DNA of 64,000 nucleotides from Veleropilina oligotropha (Eukaryota): NCBI GenBank assembly GCA_048128005.1, contig JBEUKZ010000074.1, positions 1 to 64,000 of the forward strand, read 5' to 3'. Shown piece by piece: positions 14,148 to 25,696 of this stretch (position 1 is its first letter; each line of letters starts with the position of its first letter). The notes under the pieces were generated by a model. It saw only the letters and a program-made list of their open reading frames with translations, ran no database searches and was not told where the DNA came from. The position numbers and the translations under genes were made by a program.

Positions 14148-15570
14148 AGTAGTATATATGCCTCGTTGGCGTCAAATGACCTCATACCTATGTTTCAAGG
14201 TGTGTTGCAATACCTGTGACGTAGTTAGGTATACTATGTATAGGTATGACGTCATATCTATGTTGTATACTAGATAATTATAGCCTCAGATGAGTCATAC
14301 ATGTGTTTATGGGTAATCTGTGTACTAGATAATTATAGCCTCAGATGAGTCATACCTGGGTATACCTGTGTAGGGTCTGGTGCCAGCCGCTCCCCCCTCT
14401 AGGGATCTGTTGAGATATTACCTGTACACTAGGGATACCCATTCGGTGCCCTATATGACGAGGTACACCTATGATATATTACATGGGTAGACCCATTCTG
14501 TGCCCTATATGACGAGGTAGTATTGTATACACCTATGATATATTACCTGTACATGGGTAGACCCATTCGGTGCCCTATAGGACGAGGTACCCATGTAATG
14601 GGCACGTATCTGTGACGTATTTGTGACGTAGTAGGAAATACCTAATATGCGCAATAGAACTTCCCCATCTTCCAAATCTTGTCAACTAAACATGTCAACA
14701 CATGGCTATTTACTATAGGAAATGCGATATCTTGTGGCAGTAATAGTACAGCAGGCGACTAGCTTCTACTACAGGAAACGTGATATCCGGCGCATTCTCG
14801 CAATAATATCGGATATACGTATAAACTTGATTGGGTCAGTTTTAAGCCTATAACAACAAACCACGTATGGTAGCCACGCAGGTGGTTCGAACCCACGGTT
14901 GTTAAAACCTAATATATATTGTATTGTTTGAACTACAGCATATACACAGATACATACAGCATTACCCATATCTCAATGGGTTCGAATCCCATGTGTCAAG
15001 TTTTGAGAACAATTAAACTGATATATACAAAGCACCATGTTTTACAGGATGCTAATTTGAAACTGGTATGTAAGAACGGATGCTAGCAGTATCTGATGTC
15101 CAAAAAACCACCATCAGATAGCCAGATGGTTCTAACCCACGGTTGTACCGAAACATAAAAGACACGTCTGAACACGTATTGATCAAAATGACGATGTATA
15201 CAGGCTGTAATGTGCACGTACCGGTGACATATTTGTGATGTAGTTGGAAAACACCTCAATCTATTAATAGAAACTGATGACGTCTGCATATTAGTTATGG
15301 ACCGGTAGCCACACAGGTGGTTCGAACCTACGGATAATGTACTGTACTTGGAAGATGTGCTTTACATATATATATTGGCAGTTTTAAGCCTATAACAACA
15401 TAGAACACACAAATCACAGTAGAATTTACCACGCAGGTGGTTCGAACCTACGGATAATGTACTGTACTTGGAAGATGTGCTTTACATATATATATATTGG
15501 CAGTTTTAAGCCTATAACAACATAGAACACACAAATCACAGTAGAATTTACCACGCAGGTGGTTCGAACC
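14148..15570 (+). repeat. Polinton left TIR
   Basis: Reverse complement of ~40507-41926 with only ~15 differences by eye; mirrored ORFs 14769-14969/41105-41305 and 15083-15289/40785-40991. Confidence 0.95.
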
Positions 15571-16017
15571 CACGGTTGTTAAAACCTAATATATATTGTA
15601 TTGTTTGAACTACGGCATATACACAAAATGATACATACAGCATTACCCATATCTCAATGGGTTCGAATCCCATGTGTCAAGTTTTGAGAACAATTAAACT
15701 GATATATACAATCCACCATGTTTTACAGGATGCTAATTTGAAACTGGTATGTAAGAACGGATGCTAGCAGTATCTGATGTCTACAAAACCACCATCAGAT
15801 AGCCAGATGGTTCTAACCCACGGTTGTACCGAAACGTAAAAGACACATCTGAACACGTATTGATCAAAATGATGATGTATCCAGGCTGTAATGTATTATT
15901 GTACCTGTGACGTATTTGTGACGTAGTTGGAAAACACCTCAATCTATTAATAGAAACTGATGACGTCTGCATATAGAAACTGATGACGTATGCATATAGA
16001 AACTGATGACGTCTGCA
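15551..16017 (+). repeat. Subterminal direct duplication of TIR segment ~14875-15290, ending in short AGAAACTGATGACGT repeats
   Basis: CCACGCAGGTGGTTCGAACCCACGGTTGTTAAAACC... recurs at 14875 and 15551 and runs ~420 bp. Confidence 0.9.
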
Positions 16018-16127
16018 TCGACAAGTTGAGACCTGTTATTGTTATAAATAGAAACTGATGTCAATCTATAAATAGAAACTGAATGCTATATAAGTCGAGC
16101 TTTTCAATGTTTTCATCATTCAGAAAG

Positions 16128-16634
16128 ATGAGTTCTAGATGTCGATTGGAAATAGGAAACAACGTGTTCGTGGTAGCTACACCGTGGCGAGGTGAAATAT
16201 TGGTACATATTCGAAACTTTGATACTAGCGGATTTCCTACCAAAGAAGGCATACCCCTGAGGTTAAAACAATGGACCGAATTGGTAGGACATGTGAAATC
16301 CATTGACGATACGATAACGACGCTGAAGAATGGAAACGACGATATTTTATTCGCTCACATCGGTGCAAACGTGTACGTTAGCGTAGATAAGAAGTTTCTA
16401 GGCGTGGACATCCGTCAGTGGTGGTGGTGCGAAGAGGCCGAGTGCGTGAAACCCTCCAAAAAGGGGATATTTCTCTCTATTGAACAGTGGGAGAAACTGA
16501 AAGGCACCATTGAAATTATACCAGACTTTGTACCCGAACTCAACACAGTTACCCCCTGCGCTTTACAACATGACCATCAGAATCAGCTAGGCTATCTGCA
16601 GTGCGTCTTCTGCAATCCTAATCACAAGGACTGA
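16128..16634 (+). CDS. Tandem PC4/Sub1-like ssDNA-binding protein with a C-terminal Cys/His motif
   Basis: Two PC4-like repeats: IGNNVFVVATPWRGEILVHIRNF...PTKEGIPLRLKQWTEL and IGANVYVSV...GVDIRQWW...PSKKGIFLSIEQWEKL. ATG 16128 follows TATATAAG (16087) and TCATT (16116); the open frame starts at 16083. Confidence 0.8.
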   Translation: MSSRCRLEIGNNVFVVATPWRGEILVHIRNFDTSGFPTKEGIPLRLKQWTELVGHVKSIDDTITTLKNGNDDILFAHIGANVYVSVDKKFLGVDIRQWWWCEEAECVKPSKKGIFLSIEQWEKLKGTIEIIPDFVPELNTVTPCALQHDHQNQLGYLQCVFCNPNHKD

Positions 16635-16638
16635 CGAA

Positions 16639-16884
16639 ATGATGGCAACCGAAGAGGCAGTTGTGGAGACCGTTTTAACTGAACTGAAAGAACCCAGCAG
16701 AAACTTTAAAGTAAAATGGACAGTTAGATTTGTTGTGTTGTTGTTAACTTGCACTACGATTGGATTTACATCTAATGTGTATGATATAATGTGCACGAAA
16801 CAGAAATATCCACATTTGGCGCCATTACGCATGTTAAATGTATCAAACCACGATGTCAAAAACATAACCTTTAAATATGGTTGA
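16639..16884 (+). CDS. Small hypothetical protein with one hydrophobic segment
   Basis: Starts 4 nt after the PC4 stop on the same strand; hydrophobic stretch FVVLLLTCTTIGF. No recognisable family. Confidence 0.35.
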   Translation: MMATEEAVVETVLTELKEPSRNFKVKWTVRFVVLLLTCTTIGFTSNVYDIMCTKQKYPHLAPLRMLNVSNHDVKNITFKYG

Positions 16885-17694
16885 TGTTGGTAATAATTAT
16901 TATAAAGCGATTATTTTACACTAAAGATGTTTGTACCGCAATAATTATTATCGATTATGAAATGGTTATTGTTGTGTTTTTTCTCTAAACAAATCACTAA
17001 GAAACAAAGATGTATACAACTTGTATTTGTAATTGCCATTATCAATCTTTGTCAATAAATTTTTTTTTGTACTTGTGTGTATTGGAATGACAGGGTAGTC
17101 CAACATCATTTGAGATAGGGAACTCGAAGTAGACGCACCGCTTTCAGAGCACGTTACGAAAATGTCAGAAGCGTATTTAAAAGAACTTTGGCCCAAGACT
17201 GGCTATGCAGGGCCCGACAAATTGTATCGTATGGCGAGGAGTCGTAAAATACCCATGAAACTCATTAAACAGTGGCTTCAAAATCAAGATGCCTATAGTT
17301 TACAAAAAGGAGTGATTCGCAAATTTGAGCGTAGTCACGTGGTTGTCAAAGGGTTAGATGCCATGTTTGATGGCGATTTGGCCGATGTGCAGAATTTAAC
17401 CAAATATAACGATGGCATTACGTTTCTGCTCGTAGTGATAGATGTCTTTTCGCGATATTTATGGGTGGTACCCTTAAAGAACAAACTAGGAAAAACGATC
17501 GTTCAAGCCTTGAAATCCATATTCGAACAAGGGAGAAAACCAAATACCGTCAGATTTGATAAAGGGAGCGAATTCAACAACAGATGGGTTAAACCTTATT
17601 TGGCTAAAGAAAACGTTGTTGTGCGATTCACCGAAAACGAAACAAAAGCTAATTATGCAGAAAGAGTGATTAAAACATTAAAGGGGATGATGTA

Positions 17695-20600
17695 GACATT
17701 TTATTTATCTACACTCATGATGTGAATTTGTATATGTAACAATTACTGGACTGAGCTATAGATTTCCTGTCTTGTTGACCTTCTATTGTTTTCAAAACTA
17801 ATATATTGCATTTATACATGCATATGTTTATGTAACAGTATCATAAATGGCACCAACATAATTAATGATAAATAGTAAACACGGAGCCATCACCACACCC
17901 ACACTTCAACACAACCAATATGAATCAGTATTCTATATTATCTACAGCAACAACTTATTTACTACCATGTACTATAAACATTGCTACCTTGAATAGCCTT
18001 TTCTGTCTCATTCGACCCCCAATTTATCTGTGTACTATGTGTGTTAATCATACTTCATTAAGAACCCCTACATGCTGGTTATTGAAAAATCTACGAATTA
18101 TCATCATTTTTATCCTTATACCCATACTATGCATACAAACAAAATAGATGAGATAAATGCTGACCCCTCAAAAAATCTCAATAATATACTTGATACCGAG
18201 TCACCTATTAACGATCTATGCGATTATTATGATCCTGATGCTCTCGAAAATATGGACTTCATTAATTCGACATATAACATTATTCATCTAAATATTCATA
18301 GCATCCCAAATAAGATAGATGATCTTAAACAGCTAATAAGTAATATTGGCAACAAAGGATATACTATTGACGCTATCTTGCTATGTGAGACATTCATGAC
18401 AGATTTGAGTAAAAATTTGTGTAACATAGAAGGCTACCAATTAATAGAAAAGCACAGGGAACACAAATCAAGGGGCGGTGTAGCCATCTATATTAAAGAC
18501 AGCATCAAGTATATTGAAAGACATGACTTGTGTGTATTTCGCGAAGGTGAAATGGAATCAGTATTTATTGAGATTGAAAGTCAGAAAAATAAGAAATTAG
18601 ATATAGGTGAAATATATAGAGTACCTGGCACCAATGAAAAAAAATTCCTAATAGACTACGAACATATCTTATATCAATTAAAAAAAGAAAATAGAGAACT
18701 TATTATTGGAAGTGACCAAAACTTAGATTTCCTTAAGATTAATTCCCATGCTAATACAGAAAAGTTTTTAGAAACAACATTGTTATATGGCCTACTACCT
18801 TTAATAACGCGACCAACACGTATAACTCATCAAAGTGCAACCCTTATTGACAATATTTATATATCAAATACCCTCGCCAAAAAATACAAATCAGCAATTC
18901 TAACTTGTCATCTTTCGGATCACCTTCCATGTTTAGCACTAATAGATATACATGGCAATAAACGAAATATCCCTAAAACAATCAGAACAAGAAGTTTAAC
19001 CAATACAAAAATCAGTGATTTAAATGATTACTTGCAAAATGTTGACTGGAATATTTTAAACGATCTTAGTGCTGACGACGGATACAATAAATATACCGAA
19101 ATAGTATGCAATGCCTTACATGTCATTGCTCCGGAAAAAACTATAACTATTGCACCAAAAAATGTAATAAATGAAGCCTTCATGACAAATGACTTATTAA
19201 AATGTTCAAAAAAATGTGATATGCTATATCGCAAGGCCTTAGGAAAAAGTAAAACTGACATAGAATACCTGAGATATATTGAATTTCGAAATTTATACAA
19301 TAAAAGTAAAAGAACAGCCAAACAAAACTACTACAGAGAAAGATTAACGAAATTTAAAAACGATTCTAAAAACCTGTGGAAGACTATAAATAGTATTATT
19401 GGCAAACATAGAAACAAATCAAGTTTACCTGATTTTATCAATATTGAAGGTATTAAAATTAATAATCAAATTGAAATGTGTAATAAATTCGGCAAGTATT
19501 TCTCCTCCATCGGAAAGAACACTGCAAATAAGATACCTCCTGGATATAAACAATATAATGAATATCTAAAAAAATAAGATACCTACGACAATGTTTTTGT
19601 TCCCCACTGACTCAACCGAAATTACTGAAATTATTCTTAGTCTAAAAAGCAAAAGTAGTAGTGGATCGGACAATATTAGTAGCATACTGCTTAAAGGTAT
19701 TGTTCAATCAATCAATAAACCACTAGTAACAATATTCAATAAGTCAATCGAATCAGGAGTTTTCCCAAAAGGAATGAAATATGCCGAAGTCGTACCAATC
19801 TACAAAGCTAAAGACAAACATACATTAAACAATTATAGACCCATATCACTACTGCCGGCTGTGTCAAAGGCTTTGGAAAAGATCATTTATAAAAGACTAT
19901 ACAGCTTTTTAACTTCAAACAATATCCTCTACCAGAGTCAATATGGATTCGGAAAAAAACACAACACTATTGACGCCATTACAGAACTTACAACTGATGT
20001 CTTAAAAGGGTTCGAAGAAAACAAAGATACTTTAGCTGTATTTCTTGATTTGTCCAAGGCCTTCGATACCATTGATCACGAAATCCTTTAAAAAAAACTA
20101 GATCATTACGGCATAAGAGGACTCCCAAATGCCTGGTTTAGGAGCTACCTATCAAACCGATCTCAGCGTGTTAAAATAAGCTCCAATAATGCAAATGCTC
20201 CCATATTCTCAGAATATGATAACATAGACTATGGTGTTCCACAAGGTTCGGTATTAGGACCTTTGCTATTTTTACTATACATTAACGACCTTAATAAATG
20301 TCTAGAAATACTGAAAATAATCAATTTTGCTGACGATACGACAGCTTACAGTAGTGATACATCTATTACGAAATTGTTTGATGATGTAAACAAAGATTTA
20401 AATATAATAAGCAATTGGCTAAAAAGTAACAAGCTATCGTTAAACGTGGGCAAATCAAGCTACATTTTATTTAGGTCAAGACCGGGAAATGAAAACCTCA
20501 ATAATGCATTACTAAAAATTGATGACGTAGCGGTACAAAAAACAAAATCAACAAAATTTCTTGGTATGGTAATTGATGAAAATCTTACCTGGAATGACCA

Positions 20601-21521
20601 TTATCACTATATCAAAAATAAATTACTAAGGTCAATGTACAGTCTTAAGTGCTGTAAAAATAAACTACCTACATGGACAAAAAGATCGCTTTACTTTAGC
20701 ACAATACAATGTCATCTTACATACGGTCTGTCCGTTTGGGGGCCAATGGTAAAGAAATGCACTTAAATAATTTGTTTAAATTACAAAAGAAATGTGTTAG
20801 ACATATCACAAATGCAAATTATAATGCTCACACAAATGGTTTATTCAAATCATTAAATATACTTAAATTAGAAGACCTTATGGAACTGGATATATGTAAA
20901 TTCGGTTTTAAATATTTTCATAAACTGTTACCTACGCCAATATATAATATATTTTTGCCAAACTCACAAAACCATAACTATAATATCAGGAACAGACAAG
21001 ATCCCCAAATCCAACGCCACAAAAAGGTCACAATACAATAATAGTCTGCTTTGCAAAGTGCCAGCATTGTGGGGTCGCCTACCTGTAACACTAAAAAATT
21101 CTAGATCTATGACAACTTTCACAAACAATTTTATAAAAAATAAAATTCGTAATTATTAAATAGCCAGCATATCTATCTACCCCTTATTAAGTTAATCCCA
21201 ACTCCCAAAATCCACTACCTCATCAGGATAATTATACAACTTCATTTGTCAATAGCACTTGATGAACATTATAGTTTAGTTTATTTGAATTCATAACCTA
21301 CTTTAATAAATCAATATTATCATATAACCTTATAATGACACGTTATTGTTTATATTTGTATTACTAATATTATATCAACTTGTTAAAGGGGCGACAATAC
21401 CTTAATAGGAACAGTCTTCACAAGACTCAATTGTCGTCCTTCCTCATACTACCAGAAATTTGTATTTATATGTATTCTTGTTATATATATCATCACGAGG
21501 AAAATAAATATCTATCTATCT
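17695..21521 (+). mobile_element. 5'-truncated CR1/L2-group LINE inserted in the Polinton integrase
   Basis: APE-RT ORF2; AATAAA + (ATCT)n tail; 5-bp TSD ATGTA at 17690-17694 and 21522-21526. Confidence 0.93.
18072..21159 (+). pseudogene. LINE ORF2 (APE + RT) with frameshifts (~19575, ~20750, ~21030) and a stop at 20089-20091
   Basis: LCETF, YRVP, LIDNIY, SDHLP; QYGF, DLSKAFDT, FADD. Confidence 0.92.
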
Positions 21522-22085
21522 ATGTACAGATACTTCACATCAAAACAGACCTACAGATACATCGATGTATTACAAGAATTGGTGTTGAGTTACAACAACA
21601 GGCCTCACAGATCGTTAGGTCAATGGACGCTGGGTAACATAAACAAACAAAACGAAGACGAAGCCAGGTACGTGATGTATCTATCTCGAAAGAAATCAAA
21701 GAAAGTGGTCAGGAAATACAAGTTTAACGTGGGTGACAAAGTGAGAATATCTCATCTCAAAAGGCCTTTTCTACGTGATTATCAACAAAAATGGTCTGAA
21801 GAACTGTTTATTATCGAACGTATATATAAAAGACAGGGAATTCCCATTTATAAATTAAAAGATTACGCCGAGGAAGCCATCAACGGCACGTTCTACGAAA
21901 AAGAATTACAAGCAGTGAATAAAGAGGCAGATGCTATCTGGCGTATTGAAAAAGTGTTGAGAAGAAGAAAACTAGGGGGTCAGAACCAGGTGTTTATTAA
22001 ATGGATGGGTTGGCCGGTCAAGTTCAATTCGTGGATCCCAGAGGCCGATATACAGTGAAAAATGCGTCGCTTGCATCATTTCAGC

Positions 22086-22487
22086 ATGAGCCTCCGCATG
22101 GTGCTGACGTCTACTGACAGTTCCGATTACTTTGAAAATACGCCCTATGATTTTCGCGTGCAATTGGATAGAGAAGTGAAATTTGACGGGCAATGGTCTG
22201 TTGCATTAACGGAATTTTCGAAGTCCAAATTCAGAAGAGATCTCTACGTATATTTCGATGCATGTGCCGAAAGTTTTGTTGGAGCCAAAGAGGTGCCATT
22301 ATTAAGACGAATTACCAATAACAGTTCTGTAATATATCAAAACCCATATTATATTCCGTTGAAGCAGAGTAGTTTGCACCACATCCATTTGTATATAAAA
22401 GATGTTAATGACAACAAGGCTTCATTCTTGAACGAACCAGTGACGGTGACACTTCATTTTAAACATGTCAGGAAAAGTGTATGTTAG
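22086..22487 (+). CDS. PX: Polinton minor capsid (penton) protein, compact
   Basis: LTSTDSSDYFENTPYDFRVQL...WSVALTE, LYVYFD...VG...PLLR, NPYYIPL, VTLHFK match the Polinton minor capsid pattern; directly follows the integrase. An upstream in-frame ATG lies at 22062. Confidence 0.85.
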   Translation: MSLRMVLTSTDSSDYFENTPYDFRVQLDREVKFDGQWSVALTEFSKSKFRRDLYVYFDACAESFVGAKEVPLLRRITNNSSVIYQNPYYIPLKQSSLHHIHLYIKDVNDNKASFLNEPVTVTLHFKHVRKSVC

Positions 22488-22830
22488 CGTGCCAGGACAA
22501 TGGGATCAAATATTTAAAGATTTACGCGAGGGTAAAGTCAGTGCTAATGCGCCATATCCTCAAAACAGAGGCTTGGCAGGCAGATATAGAACTCCTTACA
22601 TGATCCCCATGACTACACCGATGGCTGCAGTGAACGAAAGGGCAAAAGTCGAACACAAAAAAGTTGAAAAAGAGGACGTTCCTCATATTGAATTGACCAA
22701 TCAGAATGCGATTAAACTGACCAATCAGAAACAAGCAGGCAATGTAACTAGAGGAAGGAAAAGAAAAAACGTCACTTTGTCAAAAGCAGTCAAGAAGAGG
22801 ACAACTGACACTATATTCAGTCGAGAATAG
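22465..22830 (+). CDS. Small basic core-type protein (PW-like position)
   Basis: Lies between the minor and major capsid genes; Lys/Arg-rich tail GRKRKN...KKRTTDTIFS. Confidence 0.6.
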   Translation: MSGKVYVSVPGQWDQIFKDLREGKVSANAPYPQNRGLAGRYRTPYMIPMTTPMAAVNERAKVEHKKVEKEDVPHIELTNQNAIKLTNQKQAGNVTRGRKRKNVTLSKAVKKRTTDTIFSRE

Positions 22831-22832
22831 AA

Positions 22833-24154
22833 ATGGCGTCGTATCTCAGCGAAGAAAACAAGGATTTGCATTACCGGCAGAATTAGCACTTTTTACCATA
22901 CCCCCAAACCAAGTGGCTATTAATAAAATGTATTATGCAGAAGCACGGCCTATTTCTTCCATTAACAATGAAGATGCACCAGTGGAAATTTTAATTTCTG
23001 GACAAGGACCTGAATACATTGATTTAAAACGCAGTCGTTAGTATGTTAAAGCAAGAATACTTAGAGCAGATGGCACGCAACTCATTAAAGGTGAACAGAT
23101 TGGCATTATTAATTTACCATTACATGCGATGTGGTCACAGATTGATGTGTACATGAATAATAAACTTGTATCTTTGAATACGAGTAATTATCCGTGGAAA
23201 GCATATCTGAAAACCATATTGTCTTCAGGAACCTATGAACAGAAGTCTCAGCTACAAAGTCAGTTATTTTTTAAAGACATTTCACCAATGGATGGAACTG
23301 CACCTGAAAACTCTTTTAATAGTGGTCTCAGGGCACGTTATATTTACACAAAAGATAGCCAACCTTTTCAAATGGAAGTACCGTTACTTGAAGATATATT
23401 TTCTTTGGATAAATATTTGTTGAACGGAGTTGATATTTATATAAAAATGTTCAGATCCAGATCACCATTTATATTCATGTCAGAAGAAAATTCAGCAGCA
23501 TATAAACTTGAATTAATCGATGTTATTTATAAAGTGGCTAAAGTACGGCTTGATTCGGGTGTCATATTACATAACATGAAGCAATTGGAAGAAATCCCTG
23601 CAAAATATGCACTCGAAAGAACAGAAGTGAAAATGAATACGATAGCACAAGGCTCGAATGAATTCTTTTGGGATAATATGTGGCCAAATGCTCGACCGTC
23701 GAAGTTAATCGTGGGACTGATTAATCAAATGTCTGTTAATGGATCGTATACCGGCAACCCGTTTAATTTTGAACACTTTAACGTTAAAGAAGTTGGTCTA
23801 TATGTCAATGGAGAAAGTCTTCCTGGAGCACCATTGAAACTGGACTTCAGTTTGAAAGGTGGAAACGCAGCAGCCTACAATAATTTATTCGACATGTGCA
23901 ACCTGGCAAATAAAGATGGCGGACTAGCGATAAATAGAAGCGATTTCTCAGATGGATATTCTTTCTTTGTATTTACCTTGGACCCATGCGATTTAGGAAC
24001 GAAATATATTAATTTGATTCAACATGGAAACACCCGTTTGGAAAAAAGATTTCAATCTGCAATCACACAGTCTATAAATTGTCTTGCATGTGCCGTTTTC
24101 CCATCTCTGCTCGAAATCGATAAATCACGCACTGTGACCTATATTAAACCATAA
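22833..24154 (+). pseudogene. PY: Polinton major capsid (double jelly-roll) protein; frameshift ~22865 and stop at 23039-23041
   Basis: Reconstructed N-terminus ELALFTIPPNQVAI...RPISS...PVEILISGQGPEYIDLKRSR*YVKA, then MWSQIDVY...YPWKAYL...DKYLLNGVD...RPSKLIVGL...NPFNFEHF...LLEIDKSR. Confidence 0.92.
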
Positions 24155-24218
24155 ACTACTGTATTCCTTATATATTGAATAAATAAAAATGTTCTCGTCA
24201 TTATGTGTTTAGTTTTCA

Positions 24219-24838
24219 ATGATGGCACTTCAATTTAAATCACCTGCAACGATAATGATATCTGGTGCCACGCAATCGGGTAAAAGTTATTTTACCAAAC
24301 GTTTACTCGAAAATGACATGTTTACGACGCCAGCCAGCAAAATCATATATGCTTATTCGGAATATCAACCATTGTTTGACACGATGAAAAAATACATCAT
24401 ATTTCACCAAGGACTACCCTCCAAAGAAGATATTGAAAAGTTTGCAGATGGTGGACACGTTATCTTAGTTTTGGATGATCTGATGCTAAGAATTGTTCAA
24501 TCCGAGGACTGCGTTCATTTATTCACTATTACGTCACACCATAAGAATGTGACATGCATATTTATCACACAAAATCTCTATCCACCAGGCAAATTTGCCA
24601 GAAGCATATCTTTGAATTGCTCTTATTTTGAAATTTAAAGGACACGAGACAAATATTAACCTTTGGTTCCCAGATTTATCCAGGTCAATCTGCTTATTTT
24701 AAAGATGCATACGATAAAGCCACTTCCGAAGATTATGGATATTTGGTTATTGATTTATGCCCCAGTTCTGATAAACTTTTTCAGCTGCGCACGCACATTT
24801 TTCCAAACGAGGCTACCATTGTCTACATCCCTATATAA
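24219..24838 (+). pseudogene. ATP: A32/FtsK-like DNA packaging ATPase; frameshift or small deletion ~24630
   Basis: Walker A GATQSGKS, Walker B LVLDDLM, SHHKN...ITQN. Shifted C-half DTRQILTFGSQIYPG...AYDKATSEDYGYLVIDL...LRTHIFP ends at TAA 24838. Confidence 0.92.
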
Positions 24839-24875
24839 TTAGAGTCTCGAGCGCATTTTCATCAGTATTAACAAC

Positions 24876-25193
24876 ATGTGCGATAAGGTCACCTCGCAGT
24901 CTGCCTTCCTGAAAATTTTGCACGAGTGTCATAAAAGCCAATGCAAGGCCTTAATCGAACACATGAATGAAGATCAAATGAATGCCCTTTCTAAAATCGC
25001 CTTAAATATTTTGAAAGGCAATATTAAAGTGAGTCCCGAATATATAAATAAGCTGCGACCTTACGAAAAGCTCATTGTGGCACTGGCAAGCCGTGGAACA
25101 AGTCATGCCAAGAAGAAGAGCAGATTATTGAGACATCACGCATTAGTACCCTTGTTAGTGGAACCCACACTTTCTCTGATCGAGCATGTCTAA
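24876..25193 (+). CDS. Conserved small Polinton protein downstream of the ATPase (core/membrane-lytic type)
   Basis: IALNILKGNIKVS...KLRPY...LAS...KKK pattern resembles the ~100-aa protein that usually follows the ATPase; preceded by TATATAA (24832) and TCAGT (24862). Confidence 0.65.
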   Translation: MCDKVTSQSAFLKILHECHKSQCKALIEHMNEDQMNALSKIALNILKGNIKVSPEYINKLRPYEKLIVALASRGTSHAKKKSRLLRHHALVPLLVEPTLSLIEHV

Positions 25194-25416
25194 GGAAATG
25201 ATATTGATTACCAAACACGATTACGAAAAGTTAATGACAGCAAACAAACAAACATCTAAAACTGGTGAAAAAACATTCAAACCATCGAAAAAAGGGCCTT
25301 TAGGAGAAACATCTAAAATAATTGAAAAGACATTGAAAGCACCAGTGATTGTCAAACCATCGAACGAGGGACCACCCGGAGAAAGAATTGCGACTTTTAA
25401 ATGGCTACCCTATTAA
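25186..25416 (+). CDS. Short basic protein, possibly a miniaturised PZ-like protein
   Basis: Overlaps the upstream stop by 8 nt; begins MSKEMILITKHDYEKL and ends FKWLPY. Confidence 0.5.
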   Translation: MSKEMILITKHDYEKLMTANKQTSKTGEKTFKPSKKGPLGETSKIIEKTLKAPVIVKPSNEGPPGERIATFKWLPY

Positions 25417-25633
25417 TAATTTGCCCTGTTTGTAATGTAAAATTTTCTAGAAAGGATGCCATGTTAAGACACTTTAAGAATAAGCATGTAGATGTCGTAA
25501 CAACACAATCCCGTCTCAGTCTGCACCAAAACGTGTGCATTGTCCTACGTGCCAAGAAATATTTTCCAGAAAATATCATATGAGAGTACATTGTCGTCAT
25601 AAACATCCGCCATTTAAATGGCTTCCTTATTAA
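25401..25633 (+). pseudogene. Two-finger C2H2 zinc-finger protein with one frameshift (~25490-25535)
   Basis: Finger 1 CPVCNVKFSRKDAMLRHFKNKH. Finger 2, in a shifted frame, CPTCQEIFSRKYHMRVHCRHKH then PPFKWLPY* (TAA 25631-25633). AATAAA at 25649. Confidence 0.75.
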
Positions 25634-25696
25634 TAATGTAATAATATGAATAAAAATACATATGTTCGATGTTTCTTGTCTGTCTTTCTGAGCTCT

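Larger units (their letters stand above)
17162..22058 (+). pseudogene. INT: Polinton retroviral-like (rve) integrase with C-terminal chromodomain, split by a LINE (parts 17162-17694 and 21527-22058)
   Basis: DDE core GDLAD...VIDVFSRY...FDKGSEF...AERVIKTLK; C-half YIDVLQELVLSYNNRPHRS...FNVGDKVRIS...IEKVL...FIKWMGWPVKFNSWI. Removing the insert restores KGMMYRYF in frame (~354 aa). Confidence 0.95.

Noticed and set aside
14769..15972. Small ORFs duplicated at both Polinton ends (also 40785-41305)
   Set aside because: Duplication follows from the TIRs; no protein motifs.
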